From NCBI GenBank assembly GCA_964244115.1, contig CAXTHM010000008.1, positions 407-64,406 of the forward strand: 64,000 nucleotides of DNA, given 5' to 3'. Within the stretch, counting starts at the first letter, position 1, and each line of letters starts with the position of its first letter. The position numbers were made by a program, and so were the translations under genes. This stretch comes from an uncultured Thermomicrobiales bacterium. GTDB taxonomy: Bacteria; Chloroflexota; Chloroflexia; Thermomicrobiales; UBA6265. The notes below the pieces were generated by a model. It worked only from the letters and a program-made list of their open reading frames with translations, was not told where the DNA came from and made no database searches. Below are positions 1 through 9,780 of this stretch, one piece after another.

Positions 1-95
1 GCCCAACACACGGTTTACGAGTCCGACTCGATCGTTCGTAACATCGTCCCTGAGCCCGAGCCATTCATGGTCGGGCCATGCGGCTGGAGGTGGGG

Positions 96-3000
96 CTAGT
101 CGGCCGCCACCGCGGCATTCGACAGCGACGCGACGTGGGCGCGGATGTCGTTGGCGGCGTTCCAGGGGTCGGCGATCTCGATGAAGGACCAGCGCCCGAA
201 GCGGCCGTGGTTGTTGACGGCCGGCACCCAGAGCGTCCGGGCCGTCGCGACCTTGGCCGCCTTGTCCTTCTTCTTCTCGCCGGTGACCTCGACCAGCAGG
301 TGGAGCAGGTCGCCCAGCCCGTGGCCGTCGTCGATCGCGGCGATGAAGTCGGGGATGTACTGGCGCTCGGTGCCCTCCAGCGTGTATGGGATCGTGAAGC
401 CGAGGTTCTCGTTCTTGACGTACCGGACGACCTCGGGCAACTCCTCGATCGCCTGGGCCGTCTTCTGCTCCCACGTCCCGGTGTCGGCGACGATATGCGA
501 GACGTGGCACTTCGGCCCCGTCGTCCAGACCGGCTTGGTCGTGCTGTAGTCGACATAGCTGGTCGAGCCGACGATGTCGTAGGGCCGGAGGATCGGCCGG
601 ATCGACGGCCGCACTCCCTCCGTCGTCACGACCGAGCGGTAGATCCGGTCGACCGCATCGGAGGCGAAGATGCCGAGCGCCAGCATTGCGTACGAGGCGC
701 CATCCTTGAGATGGACACATTCCCGCATCCATTGCCGCGTCACCCGCAGCACCTGAGGGAACAACCACGGTTTTGGGCTCTCGTCATCGTCACGGAAGTA
801 ACGCTCCAGCGTCGCCCGGGCCAGCTCGAAAGCGATCGTGCTCTCCCGCAAGCCCGTCGCGTCATAGGTCTCGTGCATCTCGGCGATCCCGAGAATGGAC
901 GAGACCTCCGTCAGGTTCGGGACATCGCGCGTCGAGAGGGCCAGCTGCGAGTCCTCGGTGAACCGCGCCTCCAGCCGGCCGTCCGGGATCTCGTAGCGGT
1001 AGCCCAGCAGCCGCGGGAACGTGATCTCGGCGTCAACCCGGCTCTCCAGCGAGCGGACCCGGGTCGGGGCCGGGCGCGGCTTCGCGTCCCCGACGGCGCC
1101 GGTGCTCGGGATGAAGGAGAACGGGACACCGTAGACCTCGGCGTACTCCGGCGCGAACATCCCGCTGTCGTCCGCGACGTAGCTCATCCGGCGCAACGCC
1201 CGGCCGACGACCTGCTCGCAGAGGAGCTGGGTGCCGAACGCCCGGACACCGAGGATGTGGGTGACGGTGTTAGCGTCCCAGCCCTCGGTCAGCATCGAGA
1301 CGGAGACGACGCAGCGGACGTGCTCGCCGAGCTGCCCCGGCTTGCCGACGGTGTTCATGACCTCCCGGAGTAGATCCTCGTCCTTGAGGTCGTCGGGGTT
1401 CCCGCCGCGCGACCTGACCTGCTGGCGGAACTCCTCGATCTCCGGGGCGGCGATGGCCTTGAACTCGGCCGACATCGCATCGCCCGATTCCAGTTGCTGG
1501 GAATCGACCAGGATCGTGTTCGGGCGCGGGAGCCGACCGCCAGCCCCGTCGTCGTTACGGAAGATCGGCAGCTTGCCTTCCTGCATGACGGTCTGGTCGC
1601 CGATGGTCTTGTTCCAGCCGGAGATAAAGTCGTAGACCAGCTTGGAGACGTTGGTGTTGTTGCAGACCACGATGAAGACCGGCGGCGTACCGCCGCCCTG
1701 CCGCTTCTGCTCAGTCTCCTCCCAGCGCCGGTACCGCTTCTCGTAGTTGCGGTAGAGGCTGAGCAGCGCCCCCTCCAGCGGACCGGGCAGGTGCGGCTGG
1801 CCAGTGACCGCGTCGGTCTTGCGGCCCTTCTTCGGCAGATCGTCGCGGATGTTCAGCCAGAGGTCGCGGTAGGTCGGCAGGTCGCTCTCGGCCAGCATCG
1901 AGTCGTCCGAGACCGGCACCCGGGGGACCTTAACGATGCCGGACTCGATCGCGTCGATCAGCGAGAAATCGGAGACGACCCATGGGAACAGCGTGCCCTC
2001 GCTGTAGCCAGAGCCGCGCAGGAAGAACGGCGTTGCCGAGAGGTCGTAGATCGCCTTGACGCCGATCTTGGCCTTGACGGCCTCGACGCCGGAGATCCAG
2101 ATCCGGGCCTCCTCGTCGCGCTCCTTCGCTTCCTTGAGGTCGTCCCCGGTCAGTTTCTCGGCATCGGTTTCGGGCCGGCGGCGGTAGCAGTGGTGGGCCT
2201 CGTCGTTCAGCACGACGATGTTCCGCTTCGTGCCGAGCTCGCGACAGACGCGGCGGACCATCTCGTCCGGCGACTCGGTGAACGCGCCGGTGTTGCCGAG
2301 GATCTGCTTGGTCGCCTTGGACGTCGTGACCTTCTCTCGCAGCTGGAATGCGTGGTAGTTGGTAATGAGAATCTTGGCCTGGCCGAGTTGGTCGATCTGC
2401 CAGATGGGGACGAGGTCGCGCTCGCGGTAATAGTTCTGCGGGTCGTTGGGCTTCAACACCCGGAGCCGGTCCCGGATCGTGATGCCCGGCGCGATCACGA
2501 GGAACGTGTCGGAGAAGCGGCTGTCCTGTGGGTTGGCGCGCTTGTTCAGCGTCTGCCAGGCGATCAGCATCCCCATCACGACCGTCTTGCCGGCCCCGGT
2601 CGCCATCTTCAGCGCCTGTCGCGGCAGCCCGGGGTTGGACGAATCATTGGCTTCAATCAGGGCGTTATCGATCCAGGCGTCGCCGTACTTCCGAGCGACC
2701 TCGGTCAGGTAGATCGTCGTCTCCAGCGCCTCGATCTGGCAGAAGAACAGCTTCCGGTCGCGCTCGGGGTCGGTCCAGTACCGCAGCAGCGCGGCGGTCG
2801 TCGGCGTGACACCGGCGTACCCACCCTGCCGCCAGACGTTGACCCGGCCCCGGATCTGGTTGACGAGGACGTTCTCTTCGATCCGGTCGCGAGTCCACTC
2901 GGTGTCGAAGGCGAGCTGCGCCTTGCCCTTCTTCTTCGCCGCCGGGATCGGGACGAAGTAGGAGCTGACCCGGCGTCCGGTGACCACATCGCTGGTGATG

Positions 3001-3122
3001 CCATCGTCGTCGAACCGGAAGTGCCGGGTCGGCTCGATGAAGGGCGAGTTCAGGATCGGATTGTTGATAACGACAGGAGGTGTACCATCCGCCGTCAGTG
3101 AGGGTGCGGGCGTCCTCGCCAT
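96..3122 (-). CDS. Type III restriction enzyme Res-like SF2 helicase / PD-(D/E)xK nuclease
   Basis: 1008-aa ORF. N-terminal ILNSPFIEPTRHF motif. Walker A MATGAGKT and DEAH box LNDEAHH. C-terminal nuclease-like IPDF...VEVTGEKKK. GC-rich third codon positions. Confidence 0.85.
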   Translation of the reverse strand: MARTPAPSLTADGTPPVVINNPILNSPFIEPTRHFRFDDDGITSDVVTGRRVSSYFVPIPAAKKKGKAQLAFDTEWTRDRIEENVLVNQIRGRVNVWRQGGYAGVTPTTAALLRYWTDPERDRKLFFCQIEALETTIYLTEVARKYGDAWIDNALIEANDSSNPGLPRQALKMATGAGKTVVMGMLIAWQTLNKRANPQDSRFSDTFLVIAPGITIRDRLRVLKPNDPQNYYRERDLVPIWQIDQLGQAKILITNYHAFQLREKVTTSKATKQILGNTGAFTESPDEMVRRVCRELGTKRNIVVLNDEAHHCYRRRPETDAEKLTGDDLKEAKERDEEARIWISGVEAVKAKIGVKAIYDLSATPFFLRGSGYSEGTLFPWVVSDFSLIDAIESGIVKVPRVPVSDDSMLAESDLPTYRDLWLNIRDDLPKKGRKTDAVTGQPHLPGPLEGALLSLYRNYEKRYRRWEETEQKRQGGGTPPVFIVVCNNTNVSKLVYDFISGWNKTIGDQTVMQEGKLPIFRNDDGAGGRLPRPNTILVDSQQLESGDAMSAEFKAIAAPEIEEFRQQVRSRGGNPDDLKDEDLLREVMNTVGKPGQLGEHVRCVVSVSMLTEGWDANTVTHILGVRAFGTQLLCEQVVGRALRRMSYVADDSGMFAPEYAEVYGVPFSFIPSTGAVGDAKPRPAPTRVRSLESRVDAEITFPRLLGYRYEIPDGRLEARFTEDSQLALSTRDVPNLTEVSSILGIAEMHETYDATGLRESTIAFELARATLERYFRDDDESPKPWLFPQVLRVTRQWMRECVHLKDGASYAMLALGIFASDAVDRIYRSVVTTEGVRPSIRPILRPYDIVGSTSYVDYSTTKPVWTTGPKCHVSHIVADTGTWEQKTAQAIEELPEVVRYVKNENLGFTIPYTLEGTERQYIPDFIAAIDDGHGLGDLLHLLVEVTGEKKKDKAAKVATARTLWVPAVNNHGRFGRWSFIEIADPWNAANDIRAHVASLSNAAVAAD

Positions 3123-3343
3123 CGGTCGTTCTTCTCTCTGTGTGGTTCGACCTGACGCGGCGGTTCGGCAGCCGCCATTCTCGGCACGAATCGGTGTGCC
3201 TTATCCTCACATTCCGGCATTGTGTCCCAACCTTGACATGCTGGTCAATGAAGGGGCACCGCTAGCGGCGGGAGCGATGACCGGTCGGGACCGATGACCT
3301 ACACTTACGCAAGATTAGAACGGCCATAGGACACGGAGACGAG

Positions 3344-4243
3344 ATGATGAGCACTACCACCAACGACACCCCGACGGACATCGAGACCGACGACGGGGTG
3401 CCGACCACGGCCGAGGGCCGGGCCCGCGAGGACATCTGGCCCGAGCAGGCCACCCCGGATCTGGCCGGGCCGACCCGGACCGGCGGCGAGACCACCACGA
3501 TCTACAAGGCCGAGGGGCGCCACGGCGTCGCCGACCAGGGCCGGTTCGTCATCCACTTCCACTTCCCCGGCTACCTCCTGCCCGAGCCGACCGACCACGG
3601 CCACTACGGCCTGGCCGCCATCGCCGAGTCGTTCCTCGCGCCCGACACCTGGATCCGGCTCCATGAGCACCGCAACGACGAGATCATCTCGTACATCCCG
3701 TCCGTCGGCGTCATGCGGCACGACGACCAGACGGTCGGTGAGCTAGTCGCCGACGCCGACCACCTGATGGTCATGAACGCCGGCCGCTCGTTCTGGCACG
3801 AGGAGCGCACCCTCCCCGGCGACCCGCCCCTCCGTATGCTCCAGATCTTCGTCCGCCCCCACACCGTCGACCTCGAGCCGGGCATCCAGCACGGCCCGAT
3901 CCCGGCGCCCGTCGTCGGGGAGTGGCGGCACCTGTTCGGGCCGGAGGGTGCGGCGGACGGCGCGGCCGCGCCCTTCACCGTCCGCAACGACGTCCACCTC
4001 TACGATGTCCGGCTCGGCCCGGGCGACACGACGGCGCTGCCGGCGATCGCCGGCTGGCACACGTTCTTCCATGTCTTCGAGGGCGCGGTCACGGTCGACG
4101 GCGAGCCGTTCAGCCAGGCGCAGAGTGGGCTGATCACCGGGCCAGGCGGGCAGACGGCGTCGGCCAGCCAGCCGACGACGCTGGTCGCCTTCCTGATCGA
4201 CCCGGCGGCGACGGTGACGAAGGTCGGCACGGTGGGGCGGTAA
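3344..4243 (+). CDS. Pirin-family bicupin protein
   Basis: 299-aa ORF with GGAGA RBS before the ATG. His-rich cupin region (IHFHFPG, HEHRNDE) and pirin-like LQIFVRPH motif. Confidence 0.7.
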   Translation: MMSTTTNDTPTDIETDDGVPTTAEGRAREDIWPEQATPDLAGPTRTGGETTTIYKAEGRHGVADQGRFVIHFHFPGYLLPEPTDHGHYGLAAIAESFLAPDTWIRLHEHRNDEIISYIPSVGVMRHDDQTVGELVADADHLMVMNAGRSFWHEERTLPGDPPLRMLQIFVRPHTVDLEPGIQHGPIPAPVVGEWRHLFGPEGAADGAAAPFTVRNDVHLYDVRLGPGDTTALPAIAGWHTFFHVFEGAVTVDGEPFSQAQSGLITGPGGQTASASQPTTLVAFLIDPAATVTKVGTVGR

Positions 4244-4305
4244 TGGACGACACGCGGCGATGACCACTACTTGCCGAGTCCACGAGTCCGGTCCATCGCC
4301 GCGGG

Positions 4306-4659
4306 TCAAAACGGACTATCGGGTCGTGCGAGGAGCTCGATGACGTCCGTTTCCCGGACCGGGAGCGAGCGCCGGATAACCAGCCAGACGCGCGCATGGT
4401 CGATGTCGTCGTAGCCATGGATGAGTGCGTTTCGGAAGGCGATGATTTGCCGGTAGTCGGTAATGCGGTCAGTCGTTTCTGGATCGACTCGTCCAAGTCG
4501 CCCCATCGCCTCACCCATAATCTCGGAATTGCGCTCGACACCCTGTCTGAGCAGCCGATTACCGGCATACGACTGCTCGGTCTCTGTTGCAGTCACGTCC
4601 AGCACAAAGCGAGCGGCGTCCCGGATGTCCTCCAGGAGCTTGGGCGTCTCAGGCTGCAT
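4306..4659 (-). CDS. hepT: HepT-like (DUF86) ribonuclease toxin
   Basis: C-terminal RNALIHGYDDID matches the HEPN Rx4-6H motif. Start taken at the internal MQPETPKLL, which overlaps the end of the upstream NTase gene by 11 nt. Confidence 0.8.
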   Translation of the reverse strand: MQPETPKLLEDIRDAARFVLDVTATETEQSYAGNRLLRQGVERNSEIMGEAMGRLGRVDPETTDRITDYRQIIAFRNALIHGYDDIDHARVWLVIRRSLPVRETDVIELLARPDSPF

Positions 4660-4960
4660 AGAGAAGCTGCCGTGACCGTTCGAGCGATCTGATGAAATAG
4701 GGGTTGCGCAGTCCGCCAGCCATGACGAGATCGACCGGCCGACCAAGTACGTGAGCCAGATCGTCCTCAAGGGCGAAGTGGCGCTTCATCCACGGTCCCA
4801 GGTCGGTATCAGGGGCGTACTCGACCAATAGGTCGATGTCGGAGTGGACAGGGTCGAAGCGAGTCATCGTCGCCGAACCGAAGACATCGAGGCGGGCGAC
4901 ACCGTAAGCCTCACAGAGGAGGCGAATGGCCGCCAGGTTCGCCGTGATGATCGGGGTCAT
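4649..4960 (-). CDS. mntA: MntA-like nucleotidyltransferase antitoxin
   Basis: Minimal NTase motif GSATMTRFDPVHSDIDLLV. Lies directly upstream of and overlapping the DUF86 gene. The start could instead be the GTG at 4981. Confidence 0.8.
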   Translation of the reverse strand: MTPIITANLAAIRLLCEAYGVARLDVFGSATMTRFDPVHSDIDLLVEYAPDTDLGPWMKRHFALEDDLAHVLGRPVDLVMAGGLRNPYFIRSLERSRQLLYAA

Positions 4961-5077
4961 GGGCCTTGCCTTCCCTGGCACCGACAGCGCGACCGCAGCG
5001 ACCAGAGTCGCCGGCGATCGTTCGCGCCCTCGATGAGCGGATAGCGCAATCGACCCCGGATCGAGACCCTGGAACCC

Positions 5078-6100
5078 CTACGGCCGGAGCAACTGCTCGA
5101 CGGTGACGAGGGTGTACTCCTGCTCGGCGAGGCCGTCGAGGATCTCGGGCAGGGCGTCGTAGTCGGCGAAGTCGGTGCTGACGTGGAACAGCAGGATGCC
5201 GCCCGGCGCCGCGCCGTCGAGGACGCGGGTGACGACCTCGTCCGGCGTCGCGCCCTCCTGCCAGCCGAGCGAGTCGACGGTCCACATCACCGTGACGCCG
5301 TAGCCCGCCGCGGCGACGTCAGCCAGGGTCTGCTGGCCGAGGTCGCCGTAGGGCGGGCGGAAGAAGGGGCGCAGGTCGTAGCCGGCGATCTCCTCGACGA
5401 TCTCCTCGGTCCGCTGCAACTCCTCGATCCGGAAGTCGCTGCCGGGGTCGCCGGTCCCGGTCGATTGCCCGGTGAAGGACTGGTGGCTGTAGGTGTGGTT
5501 GATCAGCATGTGGCCGTCGTCGACCATCCGCTCGATCAGGTCCGGGTTGGCCTCGGCCCACTCCCCGGTCACGCCGAACGAGGCGACCAGCCCGCGGTCC
5601 TCGAGCAGGTCGAGGATCTCCCCGGCCCGGCCCCGGTCGTCGCCGGCGTCGAAGGTCAGGGCGATCTCCTGCCGGTAGGTCGGGCCGGATTCGATCACGG
5701 CCGACAGGCCGGAGCCGTCGTCGGGCAGGTTCGGCGGGGCGGGCCGGAGGGTGGCGTCGATCGCCGGCGTCGGGGTCCGGGTCGGCCCGGCGCTGGGCTC
5801 GTCCGCCGGCACCCGGGTCGCGGTCGGGCGGGGGCGGTCGGTCGGGGCGACGGCCGGTCGCGTCCGCACCGGAGCGGGGGTCGCGACCCCGGTCCCGCTC
5901 AGCCCGGCGACCTCCGGCCCACCGGCCTCCGTCGCGGGGGGTACCGCGTTGATGTCGGCCCAGGCCGGCAGGGCGACGAGCGCGGCGACCACCAGGCTCA
6001 GCAGGGCGACCAGCCCGATCAGGGCCAGCCCGACGATGTCCCGCCGCCCGCGAGGCGGCCTGCCCGACGCGTTGTCGCCCTGTCGAGCCTCGTCACGCAC
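5078..6100 (-). CDS. Polysaccharide deacetylase (NodB-homology) with N-terminal membrane anchor
   Basis: LTFDAGDD and INHTYSH motifs, and TM segment IVGLALIGLVALLSLVVAALVAL. Start placed at a GTG with a GGAGAC RBS, because the longer ORF runs into an intergenic repeat. Confidence 0.8.
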   Translation of the reverse strand: MRDEARQGDNASGRPPRGRRDIVGLALIGLVALLSLVVAALVALPAWADINAVPPATEAGGPEVAGLSGTGVATPAPVRTRPAVAPTDRPRPTATRVPADEPSAGPTRTPTPAIDATLRPAPPNLPDDGSGLSAVIESGPTYRQEIALTFDAGDDRGRAGEILDLLEDRGLVASFGVTGEWAEANPDLIERMVDDGHMLINHTYSHQSFTGQSTGTGDPGSDFRIEELQRTEEIVEEIAGYDLRPFFRPPYGDLGQQTLADVAAAGYGVTVMWTVDSLGWQEGATPDEVVTRVLDGAAPGGILLFHVSTDFADYDALPEILDGLAEQEYTLVTVEQLLRP

Positions 6101-6174
6101 CGGTGATCGTCTCCTGCTCCAGTGGTTGGCGGATGGATTGCCGGACCTCGATTGGCGGTGCCGCTCCCCGCTCC

Positions 6175-6285
6175 GGGCACCCGCGGCGCAGCGGCACAGC
6201 GAGAGCCGCACGGGGCGGCCGAACGAGCAGGGTCACCCCGGCCGGGAGAGAGTCCTAGTCAGCCACCAGGCGCCTTCGATGGACC
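6175..6285 (+). repeat. REP-A copy 1
   Basis: GGGCACCCGCGG..CAGCGAGAGCCGCACGGGGCGGCCGAACGAGC ... GCCACCAGGCGCCTTCGATGGACC. Intergenic. Confidence 0.7.
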
Positions 6286-6374
6286 CCGCTCTGGCGTGGC
6301 CCGTCCCCCGATGGGACGGCGCGCGTCATCCCGGTCCACCCCCAACCGCCTGTGGGCTCCCCGACCGAACGGAC

Positions 6375-7481
6375 TCAGGCGCTGGCCACGGATGGGACGA
6401 GTGTCTCACGGATGACCGGCTGGGGACGGGACTGGTCACCGACGTAGTCGAACGGCGGGACGTCGGCGGTCGCGGCGACGGCGACGAGATCCAGCCCCGG
6501 CACGACGTAGATGCACGACTCGCCGTAGCCCAGCGAGAAGAAAGCCGGGAAGCCGGCGATGTCGGCCAGCCACCAATGGTAGCCATACCCCGTCCCGAGA
6601 CCGAAGTCGTTGAGGCCCGTGGAATCGGACTGGAACTGGGTGGCCTGCGAGACCCAGTTGGCCGAGACGAGCTGCTGACCATCCCACTGGCCGCCGTTCA
6701 GCATCAGGTAGCCGTACTTCGCCATCTCCCGCGGGGTGATCGTCAGGCCCCAGCCGCCGGCCGTCTCGCCCTGCGGCGACTCCCTCCAGTCGGCGATCTC
6801 GACCCCCATCGGGCCGAAGATGCGATCCTGGGCGAACGCGCGCAGCGTCTGGCCGGTCAGCGTCTGGAGCACGGCCGAGAGGACATGGGTCCCGCCGGAG
6901 TTGTAGGTGAACAGGTCGCCCGGCGCGGCCTCCATCGGCAGCGACAGAGTCCGCTCGACCCAGTTGGCGGCGTTGTCGGTGTTGGCGTAGTCGACCGTGC
7001 CGTCCCAGAGCCAGCCCCCGCGCATGGTGAGGATGTTCCGGACGGTGATGTCCTGGACGAGCGGGTCGGCGTCCTCCGGGATCAGGTCGGGGATCAGCTC
7101 GCCGAGCCGGCTCTCCAGCGTCAGGAGCCCGTCGTCGATCGCGATCCCGACGGCGGTCACGGTGATGCTCTTCGTGGACGACCAGATATCCGTGGTCTGA
7201 TGGGGGAGGAAGCCGTCGGCGTAGTACTCGTAGAGCAGGTTGCCGCCGTAGGCGACGACCATCGCCGACAGGGACGGCGCTTCGGACTGGAGCCGGGCGG
7301 TGACTTCATCGAAGACGGCCGGGTCGAGTCCCGCCTCGGCGGGCAGGATCTGGCGCCAGCCGAAGGTCGGCCAGTACGGCCGCCCCTGGGCGGCGACACG
7401 GGTGGCGGGCGGCCCGGCGAGGGGAATGGCGAGGGCGCCAGTGAGCGCACCGAGCACCTGGCGGCGAGTGGGTGTGATCAA
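6375..7481 (-). CDS. Serine hydrolase, beta-lactamase/transpeptidase-like family, Tat-exported
   Basis: SxxK motif (SSTKS). Tat-like N-terminus TRRQVLGALTGALAIPLAG. TTG start. Confidence 0.8.
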   Translation of the reverse strand: MITPTRRQVLGALTGALAIPLAGPPATRVAAQGRPYWPTFGWRQILPAEAGLDPAVFDEVTARLQSEAPSLSAMVVAYGGNLLYEYYADGFLPHQTTDIWSSTKSITVTAVGIAIDDGLLTLESRLGELIPDLIPEDADPLVQDITVRNILTMRGGWLWDGTVDYANTDNAANWVERTLSLPMEAAPGDLFTYNSGGTHVLSAVLQTLTGQTLRAFAQDRIFGPMGVEIADWRESPQGETAGGWGLTITPREMAKYGYLMLNGGQWDGQQLVSANWVSQATQFQSDSTGLNDFGLGTGYGYHWWLADIAGFPAFFSLGYGESCIYVVPGLDLVAVAATADVPPFDYVGDQSRPQPVIRETLVPSVASA

Positions 7482-7727
7482 CGATCCGCCTCATAGTGTA
7501 CGGGAAGAGGACGCGCGGGACGCGGCGCGATATCAGGCGCAACCGGCGGTCCCGGACAGGGGCCGCGCACCGGAACGACCGGTGAGGCGCGGCTCCGGAA
7601 CGTCGTCGAAGCTTACATCAGCGTAGACCAGGGGCGGCATGAACATCGGTCCCCAGACGGGGGGATCATGGCGACAAGACCCGAATCTGGCCGACCCACG
7701 TTCGATCAGCCCCAAAACATGCGCGGG

Positions 7728-8330
7728 TTATCCGCCGGCCGCGACGATCCCCTCGGCCAGGGACGCGGCGGTGACCGGCCCGACGACCAGCCGCCGGATC
7801 GTCCCCCCGGGGGTGAGGATGCAGGTCGTCGGGAGCGCGATCGCACCGAGGGCCCGGGCGACGGCCCCATCGCGGTCGAGCAGGATCGGGTAGCGGACCC
7901 CGGTCTCGGTGACCAGCGGCCGGACCCGGTCGGCGGACTCCCGCAGGTCGATCCCGAGAACGGTCGCCGTGACGCCATGGGCGGCGGCGAGGACCGGCAT
8001 CTCCTCCCGGCAACTGGCGCACCAGGTCGCGAAGACGTTGATGACGACCGGGAGACCGGTAGCCGCCTCGACGGAGAGCGTCCGGTCCGACCCGTCGAGC
8101 GCCGCGAGGTGGAAGTTCGGAGCGCGGTCGCCCTGCTTCGGGCCCGTCTCCGCGCCGTCGTCCCAGCCGACGACCCCGTAGCCGTCGTCAGCAGCATCTT
8201 CATCGACGACACACCCGGCCAGGAGGGCCGTGGCGGCGAGCGCCAGCAACCACCGCCCGGCCGCCCGGCGGCTGATCGGCCGTCGGGGCACGATGTGTTC
8301 CTGATGCGGAGCGGAGGACGACAGCGACAC
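7728..8330 (-). CDS. TlpA-family thiol:disulfide oxidoreductase lipoprotein
   Basis: Thioredoxin fold with WCASC active site. Lipobox LLAGC. AGGAG RBS before a GTG start. Confidence 0.8.
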   Translation of the reverse strand: MSLSSSAPHQEHIVPRRPISRRAAGRWLLALAATALLAGCVVDEDAADDGYGVVGWDDGAETGPKQGDRAPNFHLAALDGSDRTLSVEAATGLPVVINVFATWCASCREEMPVLAAAHGVTATVLGIDLRESADRVRPLVTETGVRYPILLDRDGAVARALGAIALPTTCILTPGGTIRRLVVGPVTAASLAEGIVAAGG

Positions 8331-8383
8331 GGATACTCCTGATTCAGGTCGATACTCAGGACGATGCGTCTATGGGCGGGCAT

Positions 8384-8421
8384 CCGGCCACCGGGCGACT
8401 CCCGGGTCGCCCGGTGGCCGG
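8384..8421 (-). terminator. Stem-loop between the unknown copper-cluster gene and the tlpA-like gene
   Basis: Perfect 16-bp inverted repeat CCGGCCACCGGGCGAC / GTCGCCCGGTGGCCGG. Confidence 0.5.
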
Positions 8422-8436
8422 ACCGTCCGGTCGTCG

Positions 8437-8943
8437 CTAGGCGGCTGGCGTCGCGGCGACGGGGGTGCCGCCGAGGGCCGGGAACTGGAGCGGGGCCGGG
8501 TCCTGGACGGCACCGAACTCCCCGTCGGCGGACGTGAAGGTCTCGTCGATCGCGGTCTCGCCGATGGTGCCGGTGATGTGGAAGCTGTAGTCGCCGGGAG
8601 CCGTCGGGAAGAAGATTGCGCGGTAGGCGCCGGGCTGGCCGTAGACTGGCTCGATCGTGATCGGCATGGACTGGTCGCCGTAGCCGACCTCGGCCGTCAG
8701 GGTCTCCGCGGCACCCTCGACGGGCTGGGAGGCGATGCCGCCGGTCGGGTCCAGGGTCGAGATCTCGAGACTGAGGCCGTTCTGCTGACCGGCGAAGGCG
8801 GGCTCGGCGAGGAAGCCGACGACGAAGCTGTACTGGTCGGCGACGTCGCGCTGCTCGTGGGCGTCGGCCCGGAAGATCCCGTAGCCGCCGATCAGGAGGG
8901 CGGCGACGGCGGTGAGGGCGAGGATCTGGCGAATGCGTGACAT
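8437..8943 (-). CDS. Secreted or membrane-anchored protein of unknown function in the copper cluster
   Basis: 168-aa ORF with a signal-anchor (ILALTAVAALLIGGYGIF) followed by ADAHEQ. Positioned between the PCu(A)C and TlpA genes. No family recognised. Confidence 0.55.
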   Translation of the reverse strand: MSRIRQILALTAVAALLIGGYGIFRADAHEQRDVADQYSFVVGFLAEPAFAGQQNGLSLEISTLDPTGGIASQPVEGAAETLTAEVGYGDQSMPITIEPVYGQPGAYRAIFFPTAPGDYSFHITGTIGETAIDETFTSADGEFGAVQDPAPLQFPALGGTPVAATPAA

Positions 8944-9096
8944 GAGTGTTCGGTCCTTTCAGAAGGCAAGGCGACCGTCGAGGTTCGGGACGGTCGGGTC
9001 GGGAATCGCGCCGGACAGCGCTTCGGATCGATCATCGATTCGATCATGGATAGCGGGGGCGCCCGCCCCCGACTGGCTCGACTGACAGCGGCCACG

Positions 9097-9771
9097 TCAG
9101 TGCCCACTCGCCGGCGTCGCCGGTGAACCGATGGGCTCCGCGACGGTCGAGATCATCGGGGCGGGCCGCGACCAGACCGTGCCGATGGTCAGGTCGCCGA
9201 CGCTGACTGGGTCGGCCAACCCCTCTGGCGCGGCCCCGTCGGTGGACAGGACCCAGCGGACGGAGGAGGTGAGCTGGACGACGCCGGCCCGCCGGAAGGT
9301 GAGCGAGATCGCGAAGGTCGTGTCGGGCCGCAGATCCTGGGTCAGGCCGACGAGCATGACGTGGTCGCCGTCGGGCGCGAGCGTCACCGAGCCACCGGCC
9401 GGGATCGGCAACCCGTCGGGCAGGTACGTCATCACCATCACGTCGCCGTCCAGCCGCATCGCGTGCGGCTCGACGGTCTGACAGACGGTGGTCTCGCCAG
9501 CGAGGAGCGCGTCGGGCTCCGCCCCGGCGTTGGCGATCGTCAGGTACAACCCACCGACCCCGGAATCGCCGTCCGTCATGTGGCGGTCGTTGGCAGCGGC
9601 GTCCGGTGTCGCGGCACCGGGCGTCGCCCCGTGGTCCTCCCCGTCATGGGCCAGAGATGACCACGGGGTCCTGGGAGTCGCGGAGACGATGGCCACGGCG
9701 CCGGCGGCCAGGAGGAGCGTCCGACGGGACGAACGAGCGGATGACGATGACATGAGAGACCTTTCAGACAT
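9097..9771 (-). CDS. Copper chaperone PCu(A)C (DUF461)
   Basis: Tat signal SRRTLLLAAG. H/M copper motif region EPHAMRLDGDVMVM ... GDHVMLVGL. Confidence 0.8.
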   Translation of the reverse strand: MSERSLMSSSSARSSRRTLLLAAGAVAIVSATPRTPWSSLAHDGEDHGATPGAATPDAAANDRHMTDGDSGVGGLYLTIANAGAEPDALLAGETTVCQTVEPHAMRLDGDVMVMTYLPDGLPIPAGGSVTLAPDGDHVMLVGLTQDLRPDTTFAISLTFRRAGVVQLTSSVRWVLSTDGAAPEGLADPVSVGDLTIGTVWSRPAPMISTVAEPIGSPATPASGH

Positions 9772-9780
9772 GGGTGGTGG

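Noticed and set aside
1-95. A minus-strand ATG at 64 that opens a frame running off the window downstream of the Res-like gene
   Set aside because: Only 21 codons are visible and their third positions are AT-rich, unlike real genes here. It cannot be evaluated.
78-3101. Long plus-strand ORFs (78..1373, 1494..3101) opposite the Res-like gene
   Set aside because: These are antisense shadow ORFs typical of high-GC DNA. Their translations are Arg/Gly/Asp/Pro-rich low-complexity sequence with no motifs, whereas the minus-strand frame has clear helicase and nuclease motifs.
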